From Felis catus (lineage: Eukaryota), in the NCBI RefSeq assembly GCF_018350175.1, contig NC_058373.1, positions 43,772,001 to 43,836,000 of the forward strand: a stretch of DNA of 64,000 nucleotides, written 5' to 3'. The translations under genes were made by a program, and so were the position numbers. Positions 13,121 to 24,874 of this stretch are shown in pieces. Positions within the stretch are counted from its first letter, which is position 1. Every line of letters begins with the position of its first letter. Below the pieces are notes generated by a model. That model saw nothing but the letters and a program-made list of their open reading frames with translations, was not told the DNA's origin and made no database searches.

Positions 13121-15055
13121 GCACTTATTTTAGCATCTTAATTTCTCATTTTGGTCCTTTTTATTTAATTATCAAACAGTCCATAAACAAGAATCGATGA
13201 AGAAGTGGACAAGTTCATAAAACTTGGACCTTTACATGCAGGAACACTCTCTTTACCTTGAACTTGATTCAAAGTATTGCTTTTCTTGAACTGAAGGGCC
13301 AGGTTTGCACTCTTGTATCCATGTTCCTACCCTGTGTGTGAACATAGCAATGAGTAAATAAACTTGGGTGGCATCGTATTTGATGTTAGTGAACACTTGC
13401 ACAGAACATTTACTGCCTTGTGGGGAATACCAGGGTATTCTGCCAGGGTGTCTGGAGACTGTGGTGAGGCACAGTGAAGACACTTTAGGCATTTTCTAGG
13501 GGTGTTGAGGTGAGCATCAGGTGTGTGCTCAGACACTTGAGGACAAGAGTCTTGTGAGTGGGCAGGGGGCAACCCCGTCGCTTTGAAGGAAGGAGAGATT
13601 GTTAGTTGGGAAGATGTTGGGGAAGGGAGGAAGGAGCAGAGAGGGGAAACCTCTTTCAAGGTCACCTTGCTGGGAACACAGAGCCAGGAGGTAGAAGGGG
13701 CACTGGTGAGATACTCGGGGCCAGAAGGCCACCGCTGGTGCGACTCAGCATCAGCTCAGGAAGATCTGCTACCACACCTGAGGCAGCCCCTCATTTATCC
13801 AAGCCTCTGTGCCGGGACTGCTAACAACCAGCTCAAATTGGCTGATTTTTCCACATTTGTCAGGGAGCCAGCTGCACTGGCTCAGCTGAGCATCTGCGGA
13901 AAGGGAAGCAGAGAACCAGAAAAAAAAAAAAAAGCTTTTAAGTCATTATTCTTATTCATTTCCCTATTCTCTGCCCCTCCCCCTCGCACTCTCCACTGCC
14001 ATGCCTCTTTCTTCTTCTTCTTTCTTTTTTTAAAAAATCTTTTTATAACCATCTTTTCCTTTATGTGGCGAGGGCCCTTGGCATCCTTCCAGTGACCTGT
14101 CTATAGAGAGATACTCCTCCCTTATAATTAGGCCTTTGTTACACCACTTCCTGATTTTCTTCTTTTTCTTTCCCTTTTTAAAGCTTCTGGCCCTTGACAC
14201 CCCAGTGCCCCAATGGAGTAACCACACTTGTTAAAACGAAGGGTCTTCAAAAGGGTGATAAAGTTGGCTTCCTCAAGGAGGCCTGTGAGTTCATTCAAGC
14301 CTGTGGATACAATGGACCAGGGCATGGAGGGACCCAAAATAAGACGTGCATTGAGATGTCTTCATTCTGATCACAACGTCACCTGCTGCACTTCTCTGAC
14401 CTCCCCGTGCACGTGCCCTGGAAGGAATGGGATCATCGTGCATTCCCGCATCATGCGTGCATCTCTGGCTCTCCCTGCCTATTTGGGGTTTAGTTCTTTC
14501 TGTCATCTCGGGAGCGTTTGACAGGATGCTATCCCATCCTTCTGCCCAGAAACCTGTATGAGGCTAGCCCAGGAATGGTGGAATGTACCAGCTGTGATCC
14601 AGAAATGACGTGGCCCAAGAAGAGGGCCTTAGGAAGCTAAGGGACACTGGAAGTCTTGCAACCACTAAAGGCTTCAGAATATAGAGAAGAAATGATGAGA
14701 GGCCTTAGTCCTTTCCTGTCACGATTGGTGATGTTCCGTTCTGTTCCCTTTGTTCGGATCTGTGGCTCAAAAAGAAATCAATGCCACATAGGCTAGATAA
14801 CCACTCTTAGTGACCTCTGTTTCTTTAAGGTGGCTTTGAGAAATAAAACTGTTTGTCCAATACAAACAAAATACTAGATTTTTCCCCCTCAGGTTGATGA
14901 CCTGATGAACCCGATGTGTTACCAAGCGTTTCTGGAAGGCTTAAATCAGATGAGGGTAACACTAAGGTTTGGTCCCCTCTTTTATGGGTTTTAGAACTGT
15001 TAGATATTGTACTTCATTTCCTACGGTAATATTACAGGGGCAAATGTTTCATGAC

Positions 15056-15091
15056 GGTGGTGGTGGTGGTGGTGGTGGTGGTGGGGGTGGT
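15056..15091. repeat. (GGT)n microsatellite
   Basis: Nine perfect GGT units plus an interrupted extension. Confidence 0.95.
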
Positions 15092-16523
15092 GTTACAGAG
15101 ATCCAGCTTTGCAGTTGTCATAACCAGCTTACTGGTAGCTCTCTTTGTTGCTACCTAGTTAAGAATACCAAATGCTCTTCCTGGTGGTTTAAGAGACTGA
15201 AGTTAAGTCCTTTGGAAACACTTGGACTAGGTCGAATGAAAATTAAATGGGTTATTGATTTAAAGGCATGTCTAAAACACTGAAGCTAGATCTCTGGCTT
15301 GTAACTTATTTTGTAAGTTATTTGGCTTGTCTGTGACAGGGGATCATGAATACCTTCCTTACAATAATGCGTAGGTTAATGAGCTCCTGGGTATGCAGTG
15401 CCTGATAGGATGCTTGGCATAAGGTACATGCTGGAAGTGTGCACTGACCAGCCGTTTTCAAAGACCTGCAAGTGTGATTTTTCAACCTAGAAAAGTTACC
15501 CCTATCCAAGTAGGCGCTGAACTTAACAGAGCAAGAGTATTGTAGATAACCAAGTACTTCACTGTCTGGTAACTGATGCCAAGGGTAGGTAAGTGTTGCA
15601 GGAAAGCTTGACCAGAATCCCATGCCTGCCCGTTTACACTGGTTCAGTAACTAGAGTAGCTAGGTGGGTGGGACACCTCCAATTTATGGACCAATTTCTA
15701 CTGAAGCATTTGAAAGTTGTTTCTTTGTTTGTTTTGGTCCAAGAAAGCCTTTTCCTATAAGGACTGTGGGACAGTGTTTAAGTAATTAGTTAGGTACCCA
15801 AACCAGCCATGGTAGATTTTTCTTGCAGCACAGATTGTGTTTTGAGTTGCTTAGTACCTGCAGTATTTTTTTTCTATGAAACAACTGCATCCTGATTTTC
15901 AAACACATGCCTTTCCTCTACATCTCTGCAATCTGTGTGAGTGGCTGTCTGACCCATTCTCTGGTGTCAGAGACTCTAACTGCCGGGCCAGGCATGACAA
16001 CAGATGGGCAGGTGCTGATGAGATCAATTTGAACCCTCTCAACACCTAAGGCAGCCGCAGGGGAGGGAAATCATTCCCCTGTAGCTCTGCTTCTGGATCT
16101 AGGCCTGGTGTCCCCACCTTCCCCGAGGAACAGAGGGTTTCCAACCCACAGGGGTGGGAGGATCTTGTTCTGACTACTCTCTGTTCCCATGGTTATGTAT
16201 GAACCATACGTACATTGGAAGTATGTAGTGTCCATTGGCACCCACCCGACCTGAGTTGGAATGGCAGCTTTGTAATGCAGAGGTTGTCGAGATCTTGGGC
16301 CTGTGTCAGAAACTGGTGGTAGAGCCCAGACCTCCAAAGGATTCCAGTGGATATTAGAGTTTGAGGGTTACTGGCGTAAGCACTAAATAGGATTCCTGTC
16401 TATACTACAGGCTTTGGGTCAAGGGATGCCTGTGGAAATGGGGTGAGGAGAGTCCCATGGGTAAGATAGGGGCTCAGTAAACGTGTATGTCTTTCTTTTC
16501 TTTGGAGTTGACTTCTCAAAGTC

Positions 16524-16655
16524 GAGCTGCCAGGTAAAATATAGATGCCCAGTTAGATTTGAATTTTAAATGATAAAGATTTTTTTTTTGTTTGTTTAGC
16601 ATCAGTATGTCTCATTTGATGTCTTGTGTTTTTATTGGCTAAATCTGGCGATTCT
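16524..16655 (+). mobile_element. MER53-like hAT MITE, internally deleted
   Basis: gctgccaggtaaaatatagatgcccagttagatttgaattt ... tttttattggctaaatctggcgattct resembles both MER53 termini. Confidence 0.75.
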
Positions 16656-16689
16656 CTGTGGCAGAAGAGTTAGGTTGTATAGAAACTTG

Positions 16690-17421
16690 AGCAGACATCA
16701 CTTTAGTGATGTTGACCTTGATTGCTTGTGTAGTGATAAGCTATGTTAATATTCTGTGTCCCCGATAAGATGTGATGAGAAGGGCACTTGACCTCTGAGC
16801 TGTTTTTTTTTTTTTTTTTTTCTGTTTTGTTTTGTTTTTTTTCAAAATCTGCAACTTCAGTCCCATCATTAGGGCACGTCAGACACACCCAAACTGAGAG
16901 ACTCTTCAAGTGTCAAGGTCATGCAAAACAAAGAAAGATGAGAAACTGTCAATGATTGAAAAAAAGAAAATTAGGAGATGTGAATAACTGAAAACAATGT
17001 GGGTTATTGATGGTATCCTGGAAAGAAAAAGAGACATTTATGGAAAAGCTGGCAAGACGTGGGTCACCTGGGTGGCTCAGTCTGACTTAAGCTCAGGTCA
17101 TGATCTCCGGGTCTATGACTTCGAGCCCCACATGGCTCGCTGCCATCAGCCTATCAGCGCAGAGCCTGCTTCTGATGTTCCTCTCTCCCCCTCTCTCTGC
17201 CCCTCACCCGCTTGCTCTCTCCCAAAAATACATAAATATTTTTTAAAAACTGGCAAGACTAGAATAAAGTCTAAAGTTTAGTTAATAGCTAATGTACTTA
17301 GTATACTGTGATTATATGTGATGTTACTTATTAGGTCAAGTAGGTTAAAGGGTAAACAGGAACTCTGTACTATCTTTGCAATTTTTGTGTAGATCTCAAA
17401 GTATTTTAAAATGAAAGGTTT
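16690..17421 (+). mobile_element. L1MC-type 3' end fragment split by a Can-SINE
   Basis: tcttcaagtgtcaaggtcatgcaaaacaaagaaag ... ggaactctgtactatctttgcaatttttg is typical L1MC 3' UTR. Confidence 0.8.
17061..17244 (+). mobile_element. Can-SINE
   Basis: Head gggtcacctgggtggctcag. TSD aaaagctggcaagac (17044-17058) / aaaaactggcaagac (17245-17259). Confidence 0.93.
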
Positions 17422-18615
17422 CACAAAATTGGGTTGGGTATACCTTAGCTTTGTGAGTACCATCTTTCTTTGGTTCCTTATGGGAACAAAGATATACTTT
17501 ACTTAATTGCTGAACTGTCTGAGAACATTTTGATGAATGATGAACACATGGAACATAGCTCTTCCAACATGATAGGGGCCAGCAGTGTTGCTGTGGGTTT
17601 AAATCTGCCATGGATAAATAGTATCTTTGCCATGAGCGTATAATGCGTTCTGCCTGGAGACGCATGGGAATCCATATTTACTGTTAGGGGTTATTCAGTC
17701 CAGAGCTGATTGGGACAGATTTTTGAGGAGGAAGAGAGGTCAGCGGTGGGGTTGCTGTGTGACTGGAGGTTACACAAGGATGGTTGATCAGAATGGCTTG
17801 ATTGTGCCAGGAACATTCTGTTGTAGCTCCCCAGTTTCTAGATTTCATCTGCAGAGTTTGGTCTACGTGTGTCCCCAAGCCTGGGGATGCGACAGTAGCT
17901 TCTCAGCACAAAAGATTTTTCCACAGCACCGGTTTGCAGATGGCTGACCAATTTGTTCCAGAGTTAGTGGTTTCAGATAAAAACCTTTGGGTAGGCCTTC
18001 TCCTTTCAGGCATTTGGAATCCGGCTGTGAGTTTAGTTTATTCCCAGCCCCACCTTGCCCCACTCCCTTCTGTATCTGCTGTATTTCCTTGGATGGGGAT
18101 GTCTTTTAAATTGTAAATTTGCCAACTGTAGGGACTGTGTTATCTTCTTCCGGGACTGAGAGCCCTCCCCACAACAAGAGGCCTGAAGATTGCAGTTAGC
18201 TTCCCTGTGGAGGCTTATGTTAACTTCATCCCAGCTCATGTCTTAACCACAGTGAGTTAACCACAGTGGCTACATCCTGTCGGAAGGAGCTCTCGCTCAG
18301 TCCAGTTTCTTTGTCTTCCCTTTCCTCCCTGTCATCCCAAACCCGTGGGCCTTCTAGGCCGTATTTCCTCCAGCAGGAATCCATTTTTCTCCCCAGTTTG
18401 AAACTCCTGTGTTTCCTAAGAAAATAACATTTAGAAGCGTACATTGTAGTATTTGCAGATTTTTTTTACACTCATCCATTTCACTGTCTCATAGCTGCTT
18501 CTCCTGGAGTCCAAAGACTTGATTTTATTTACTTTCCATGATTTTCTTCCCATTTTTTCAGTTATTTATTATAATTTATTAATATTAAATGTTTAGTGTT
18601 AATAATTTATTTCAA

Positions 18616-18834
18616 GGGGCGCCTGGGTGGCGCAGTCGGTTAAGCGTCCGACTTCAGCCAGGTCACGATCTCGCGGTCCGTGAGTTCGAGCCCCGCGTCG
18701 GGCTCTGGGCTGATGGCTCAGAGCCTGGAGCCTGTTTCCGATTCTGTGTCTCCCTCTCTCTCTGCCCCTCCCCCGTTCATGCTCTGTCTCTCTCTGTCCC
18801 AAAAATAAACGTTTGAAAAAAAAAATTAAAAAAA
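18616..18834 (+). mobile_element. Young felid Can-SINE (SINEC_Fc-like)
   Basis: ggggcgcctgggtggcgcagtcggttaagcgtccgacttcagccaggtcacgatctcgcggtccgtgagttcgagccccgcgtcggg with CpGs intact. Perfect TSD aataatttatttca (18601-18614 / 18835-18848). Confidence 0.98.
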
Positions 18835-19193
18835 AATAATTTATTTCAGTTATTTTTTTACTGTTAGGTTGTTTCTAATGTTTTACCATTTTAAATGACA
18901 GTGGGATTTACATTTTACCAACTTGACTGGTTACAACTTTTTTCATCTTTTTGAGCCATTTTTTATCAGGAAAACCTCTCAGGTATAGAATTACTGGGAC
19001 GCAAAAGCTTTTAAAACTTTTAGGACTTTTGATGTGCATTGCCTGTCAGGTGAGTTTTTACATGTCTAGAATGACCAGAAATGTCCTCTCTTATCCACTC
19101 TAATGCATGCCTGTAATCTCCTTGAAAACCTGCATTGAAACATCGCTCACCCAATCTGTAGTTTCAAACTTTATTCTGTCGGTGATCTTTTCT

Positions 19194-19236
19194 CATCCAT
19201 CCATCCATCCGTCCATCCATCCATCCATCCATCCAT
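19194..19236. repeat. (CATC)n tetranucleotide microsatellite
   Basis: About 10 units with one CGTC interruption. Confidence 0.95.
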
Positions 19237-20469
19237 TTCTACTTGCTTTGTCGGTGTTACTAGTTTTGTAAGGAAGAAGGGGGTGGTTATAATCTGCGGG
19301 GTTTAATTGATGTCTTCTCCACAGGCTTTCCATTCATTTATAGAATTTTTCATGAACATCCAGTAGTTAATGAAAAAAATGAATGTAAATAATGTTGTTC
19401 CTCGCAAGTTTGAAAAAATTGGATTATTCAGTAGGCATAACATTGACAAGGATCACCTGAGATTTGGTGACACAGAGCACTTTTACATAGTTGTCTGTAA
19501 CTCATTTTAGCTAAGTAGATTGAAGGTTTATAATTTGATTTCTACCTTCATCATATTTTTGAGATCCCATTTGTTTTAACTCCTTTATATCATCTAGTGC
19601 TTGCTACCCTCAGGTGTTGGGTAAACGCACGTTAAAATAATGGTACATGTGTTTTTGCTTTGGGAGAAGCCTGGGAAATTTGCTCATGTTCTTCGTGAGT
19701 ATTCAAGGTATGGGTGGGTGTATGTTCACATACAGGTTTGTGAGGAAACAACTTTGTATACACATTAATTATACACTTGTAAATGTGTTTGTTACCTCAT
19801 TCAGAGAACCAAAATTCTTCCAGAATTCACTCTCTTGCCAGTGTTACATTCCTGATGAATGTTCAAGATAAGTGTGCTGGCTGTTTAATCAGCCATTTCT
19901 TATCCAGGAATAATGAGCTTTGAAGGAATTTGAACCACTTCTCAACAGTCTATAGGACTCACCATTATATTTTACTTTTTATTTTATTTTCTCAGTTTAC
20001 TGCAAAAAGCACACGAGTAGAAATTCACTCACTTTCTACCTTTTAGTAACTGAATTACTGCCCAATCATAGTGCAAGACAAGTATATCTTAAAACAATGG
20101 CTAATAAAAAAAAATCACAAGCCTTACTAATTCCAAAGTATCCTGACACTTTTATACTATTAATTGACAAATTAATATTTCATTTATTATTTCATTAAGC
20201 CTTCTGAGTGCATAAACTCTGCATTAGGGCATAATTGGAGCTTTTTAAAATAAAAGTTATATTTGATCTAACAAGATAAAGTCCATTGCTATTGATTTGC
20301 CTGGGAAACAAAAAGCTCAGATCTCAGCATGAACCAAATGAAACTTTTGGTTCCTCAAGTTCAAATTAGTGTTATTAATCATATGACCTCAGGGTGTTTG
20401 AGTTGAGATTAAAAGTAATAATGCTCTACCAAGTAATTATTCAGTGAACTTTTAGCTCGAGAAGCTCTA

Positions 20470-21210
20470 GGTTTAGTGGCTGGACTAGTGGGAACTAGGT
20501 AGACCTGGGTCCCAATCCTGGCTTTGCCACTGGTAAGCTGGATGATCCTGGGCAGGGTGCCTTCCCTCTCAGCCTCAGTTTCCCCATTGTGCTTAGAGCA
20601 GCAATTCCACTTCTACATATTTACCCAAGAGAAACAGATTGTTTGTCTACACATAAGCTTATGCATGAACGTTTGTAGCAGCATCATTCATAACAGCCAA
20701 AGGTCGATCCATCAGCTAACGAATGGGCAAACCCATGGTGGCAAGTATATACAATGGAACATTATTCAACCATAAACTAACAAAGTGCTCATACTTGCTA
20801 CCACTTGGATGAAGCTTGAAAATATTATGCCCAATGAAGGAGGAAGCCACACACAAAAGTTCACATATTACGTGATTTCCTTCATCTGAATATCCAGGAT
20901 AGACCAATCCATAGACACAGAAAGCGGATTAGTGACGAGAAGATAGGAGAATGGGAATGATTTCTTGATAGGTACGGGGTATTTTTCTGGGGTGATGCAA
21001 ATGTTTTGAAACCAGAGAGAGAGCTTGCCTAATGTTGTGAATATACTAAACTTTACTGAATTGTACATTTTAAAGGGCTTAACTGTATGGTAAGTGGATG
21101 GCACTTCCCTAAAAAATAGTACAATGAGAATACCTCACCCTCAAGGTTACTAGGATTAAATGCGGGTGATGTGCATACAGTAGGCCCTCGAACAATAGGT
21201 ATTCATTTCC
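20470..21210 (+). mobile_element. MIR split by an L1 insertion (halves ~20470-20590 and ~21118-21210)
   Basis: cctgggtcccaatcctggctttgccact...cctcagtttcccc, then after the L1 cctcaaggttactaggattaaatg. Confidence 0.75.
20597..21117 (+). mobile_element. L1MB-type 3' fragment (ORF2 end and 3' UTR)
   Basis: gcagcaattccacttcta...tggatgaagcttgaaaatattatg...ctgaattgtacattttaaaggg. Confidence 0.88.
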
Positions 21211-22823
21211 TCATTCTGTCTTTATCACTCCTCTGTTTCTGGGCAATACCTTCATCTCTTGAATGAGATAATAGCATTTTGAACTGAGTAGTGGGTGGAA
21301 GTTAGGAAGGGATGTAAATGCCAATTTCTGTGCATCTGGAATACATACATCTAGGTCTGCCCTTAAGGTGTTGTGTCTGTGACACCACATTGTGTAACTT
21401 GCTGAGAGTGTTTCAGGTGGCCTTAACCATCCTAGAGGGGCGGGAAAGGACAGAGACAGCTGCATTGTCTGGAGCCCTTCATCTAGGGCAGGCATTTGCC
21501 AAGGAAGCAGCGAGTCATAATTCTAATAGTTTAGCAACAGAGGATTTGCCATGGTCGATAGGCTGTTTGTCAGTGAGGCAAGTGTTCTGCCTTTGGCTAT
21601 GACTTTTATATATTCTTTCCAACAGAGGCAGAACAACACAAGTCCCCAAATAGTGCATTCACTGGTTGAAAAATAGGCGTTTCCTGAGCTGAATGAAAGT
21701 AATTGCCTTCTGACCTATGAGGTTATCAGTTCATTTCCAGAAGCATCAAATGTGACTCCCCTGATATTAGCATGCTGTGATTGATAGCCAGTGTATTTGC
21801 TCCTGATTTTCTACCCCCAGGAGAATTAATATTTCTACTTGATTCTAGAAATAGGGAATGTGTCATTCGCCCCCAGTATCTGCTCTCTCCAAAGCCCCCT
21901 TTCAGCCTCTCCAAACGTGCTTGGGAGTTCTGCCCGCCACCTTGTTCTCACTCATACCACTTAGTTGCCCCCCGAAAGATGGTTTGCTGACTGCCTGGGT
22001 CCTCAAGAGCTGTACAGCATTGTGCCGATCCTCAGTGTAATGGCAGGTGTGACAGCAGAGCCAGGGTGGGAAGGTGGATGGCAGGTGAAGATGCAGTGGG
22101 GAGAAGGTTACAATCTGATGGGTCAGGGGGTCGGGCAGGGTCGGGGGGTGTGTGGTGATGGGAGTTATGAAATGTGTTCCAGCTCATCAGGCAGTCGGTG
22201 TTTGCCCTTGGGCAGCTATTACATGTACTGTTTGGAGAGCATGTGAGTTCATGGCCAGACATGCCAGTTACTAGTTCTGTGGCCTCTGGAAGTAACCTGT
22301 AACTCTGGGCCTCAGTTTATTCGTCTGAAAGCAGGTAAAAATCTCTTCTCAGGAACAGAATTTTTGAGAATTCTTTGAGAATTTAGTGAAAACTCCCTAG
22401 TACCTATCAGAAAGCAAGTGTTCTGTGCGTGGACACTCCATATAACTGAAATTCTGCTTCACAGATGTGGGATGATACCATCCCTGCCCTCAAGGATTCT
22501 TAGGGAGATAAGGCCAAAAGTTCTGAATTATTGCACAAATCAGACAAATGCTCAAGGAGGTAGTTCTGATTCTTGTGTCTTGATTTTCACAAGAGAAGGG
22601 CTGCAGCCAAATAGATGGTTGGAGTAATAAAAGTCTGAATACTCACCAGTTTTTGTAGCCCCAGTCCTCACAACAAACCAGCATTTTATAGTGAAGCCTC
22701 TGTGACTCAGAGAGGGTAAGTAATCTGCCCACCTCAGGTTTGGTCAACCTGAAAGCCTTGGTTTTATTCCTCAGTACTGTTTGGAAGGAAGCCTTTGTAG
22801 AGGTAGAAATTGAGTTGGACCTT

Positions 22824-23050
22824 GGGGCATCTGGGTGGCTCAGTTGGTTGAGCCTCTGCCTTCGGCTCAGGTCATGATCTCACAGTCAGTGAGTTTGAGC
22901 CCCACGTCGGACTCTATGCTGACAGCTCAGAGCCTAGAGCCTGCTTAGGATTCTGTGTCTCCCTCTCTCTCTGCTCCTCCCTTGCTCATGCTCTCTTTCT
23001 CTCTGTCTCAAAATTAAATAAACATAAATTAATTAATTAATTAATTAATT
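22824..23050 (+). mobile_element. Can-SINE with (AATT)n tail
   Basis: Head ggggcatctgggtggctcag. TSD aattgagttggacctt (22808-22823 / 23051-23066). Confidence 0.96.
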
Positions 23051-24507
23051 AATTGAGTTGGACCTTGAAGAAGAGCCGACTTGGATAGACCATGAGTCTC
23101 CTGGGTAGCCATGATGAGATAGACTATCTTCTAGGCAAGGAGGTACAGCTGGGCAGAGGCAAAGGAGAGGAGAGTGACAATGCCAACAATAAGGAAACAC
23201 AGTCCGTGTGGAGTGGGAGGAAATAATGAGACATCACAACCCACATCTTTAGTCTTAAAGTCTGTTCAGAGCATTATTTTCCCTAGCTGACCACAGCATG
23301 TCGCCAGCAGTGTCTGTCCCTTTTCATGTGATTACAGTCTTTCCATGGAGAGGCTCCTTTAGCCTCCACTAAAGGAATATTAGGCATTGCTGCGTGTTAG
23401 AAGTAGCCGAATCCTAGGTGCCGTAATCACTCAGTCTGAGGATTGTGCTCAATGGAAGTCCAGATGATTTGGGGCACTTCTGTGCCCCCCTTATGCTAAG
23501 AGCAGGTGTTTCAGGGAAAAGTAGAACTTGGACTGCTTATGTGGGCTCCAGCAGACCCACACGCACCCGGCTTTGAGAACATTGTCCTGCCGCTCGAGGC
23601 CAGTACACATCAGTAACAGCAACCGTGACATGTGATGTGTTTTATGATCCAAACACTTTCAGAGCCTTTCAAAGATTCCAAGTTTGTGTGTCGCTGGGCA
23701 GAGCAAGCTTCAACAGAAGTCACCTCGCTTCTCCCTAACAGCCTCGAATTGCCACCTAGTGAGCCTATATCTTCATTTAAACACCTAGTGAGCCCTTGTT
23801 TTAATTTAAAGCTTTATGTAAGTTCTTGATTTTTGAAGACCCCCTTGATTTGAGTAAAACATGTCAAGGCAAGCTCTGCCTAGCCTCAGCAGAAGATTAA
23901 TTTGTCACACAGGAGATAAATGTTGTCTAACCCCATTTCCAAACAGAATGATGGCTTTTGAAAATACAGGTACTAAGGTTCAAGAAGGATTTAGTTTTTC
24001 TCAATTTGATCAAATATTCTGATAACTTTCAGTGCCAAACATTTTAATTTAGTTCTGCTTTCTCTTAGGCAAGCTTTTCTAATTTTGAAAATGAGAAGAC
24101 ATTTAATTTACGGTTTTCTCTTTCACTCGAAGATTCTACCAATCACGCTATTTAAACTCTAAATCCTTTATTTAAGGAACTTCAGAGTCAGAGAGGAAAT
24201 TAAAAGATTTTAATCCATTTCCTGATTTTACCCATCATAAAAGAAAGAGATGCCTATATTCAGACAAGAGAGATGTAAAACTGTAGGAGAATTCACACAC
24301 ATTTTATTTCCAAATCTTAAGGAAACTTGATTCTGGAGTTTCCCCTGTTTTCACCCATAATCTGTAACAATATAATTCTCTTGTTCCATAAATCCTGCTC
24401 AAACCACTGTAGTACGTAGTGATTTCTCTGTTCGTCCAAATCTGAATTTACACAACTGTTACCTGGACCTTTCATTTCACAAACCCAGTAGCATAGATTG
24501 TCTAAAC

Positions 24508-24834
24508 TAGCACTTCTCAAACTATCTGTAGTGAAGGACTACTTCCTCCCCCGCCCCCCACCACACCCTTCTAGTTTATTGCTGACTAATACTTTTGTTT
24601 TAAAAAAAAAGAACACAATAAAAATGAATTATCAGAAAAAAATGAAATAATAAAAAAAAAAACCATACAACACACAAAACTGCATTCATTATTAAATTTT
24701 ACAGACAGAACTTCATTTTGGAGGGGATGCGCCCCATTTTCAAGTGCTGTAAGTTTCTGTGCTTACCTTGTCTCGAACCAGTAATGAGCTTGCAGATCAG
24801 CTCTGGCCAGTGCACTGTACTTTGAGTAGCACTC
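24508..24834. mobile_element. Non-autonomous hAT-Charlie element
   Basis: Imperfect TIRs tagcacttctcaaact / actttgagtagcactc of the CAGTGCTTCTCAAA type. Confidence 0.6.
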
Positions 24835-24874
24835 ATTATTATATGTAGTGTTGCATTATTTTTGCAGGTGTCAC

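Noticed and set aside
13257-13331. 75-nt minus-strand exon candidate (VGTWIQECKPGPSVQEKQYFESSS)
   Set aside because: Donor AAG|gtaaag is acceptable but the acceptor lacks a pyrimidine tract, and the peptide is unrecognised.
13583-14095. 170-aa plus-strand ORF
   Set aside because: Non-ATG start, runs through poly-A and poly-T tracts, no recognisable homology.
18616-18700. tRNA gene
   Set aside because: The A/B boxes belong to the tRNA-derived head of a Can-SINE.
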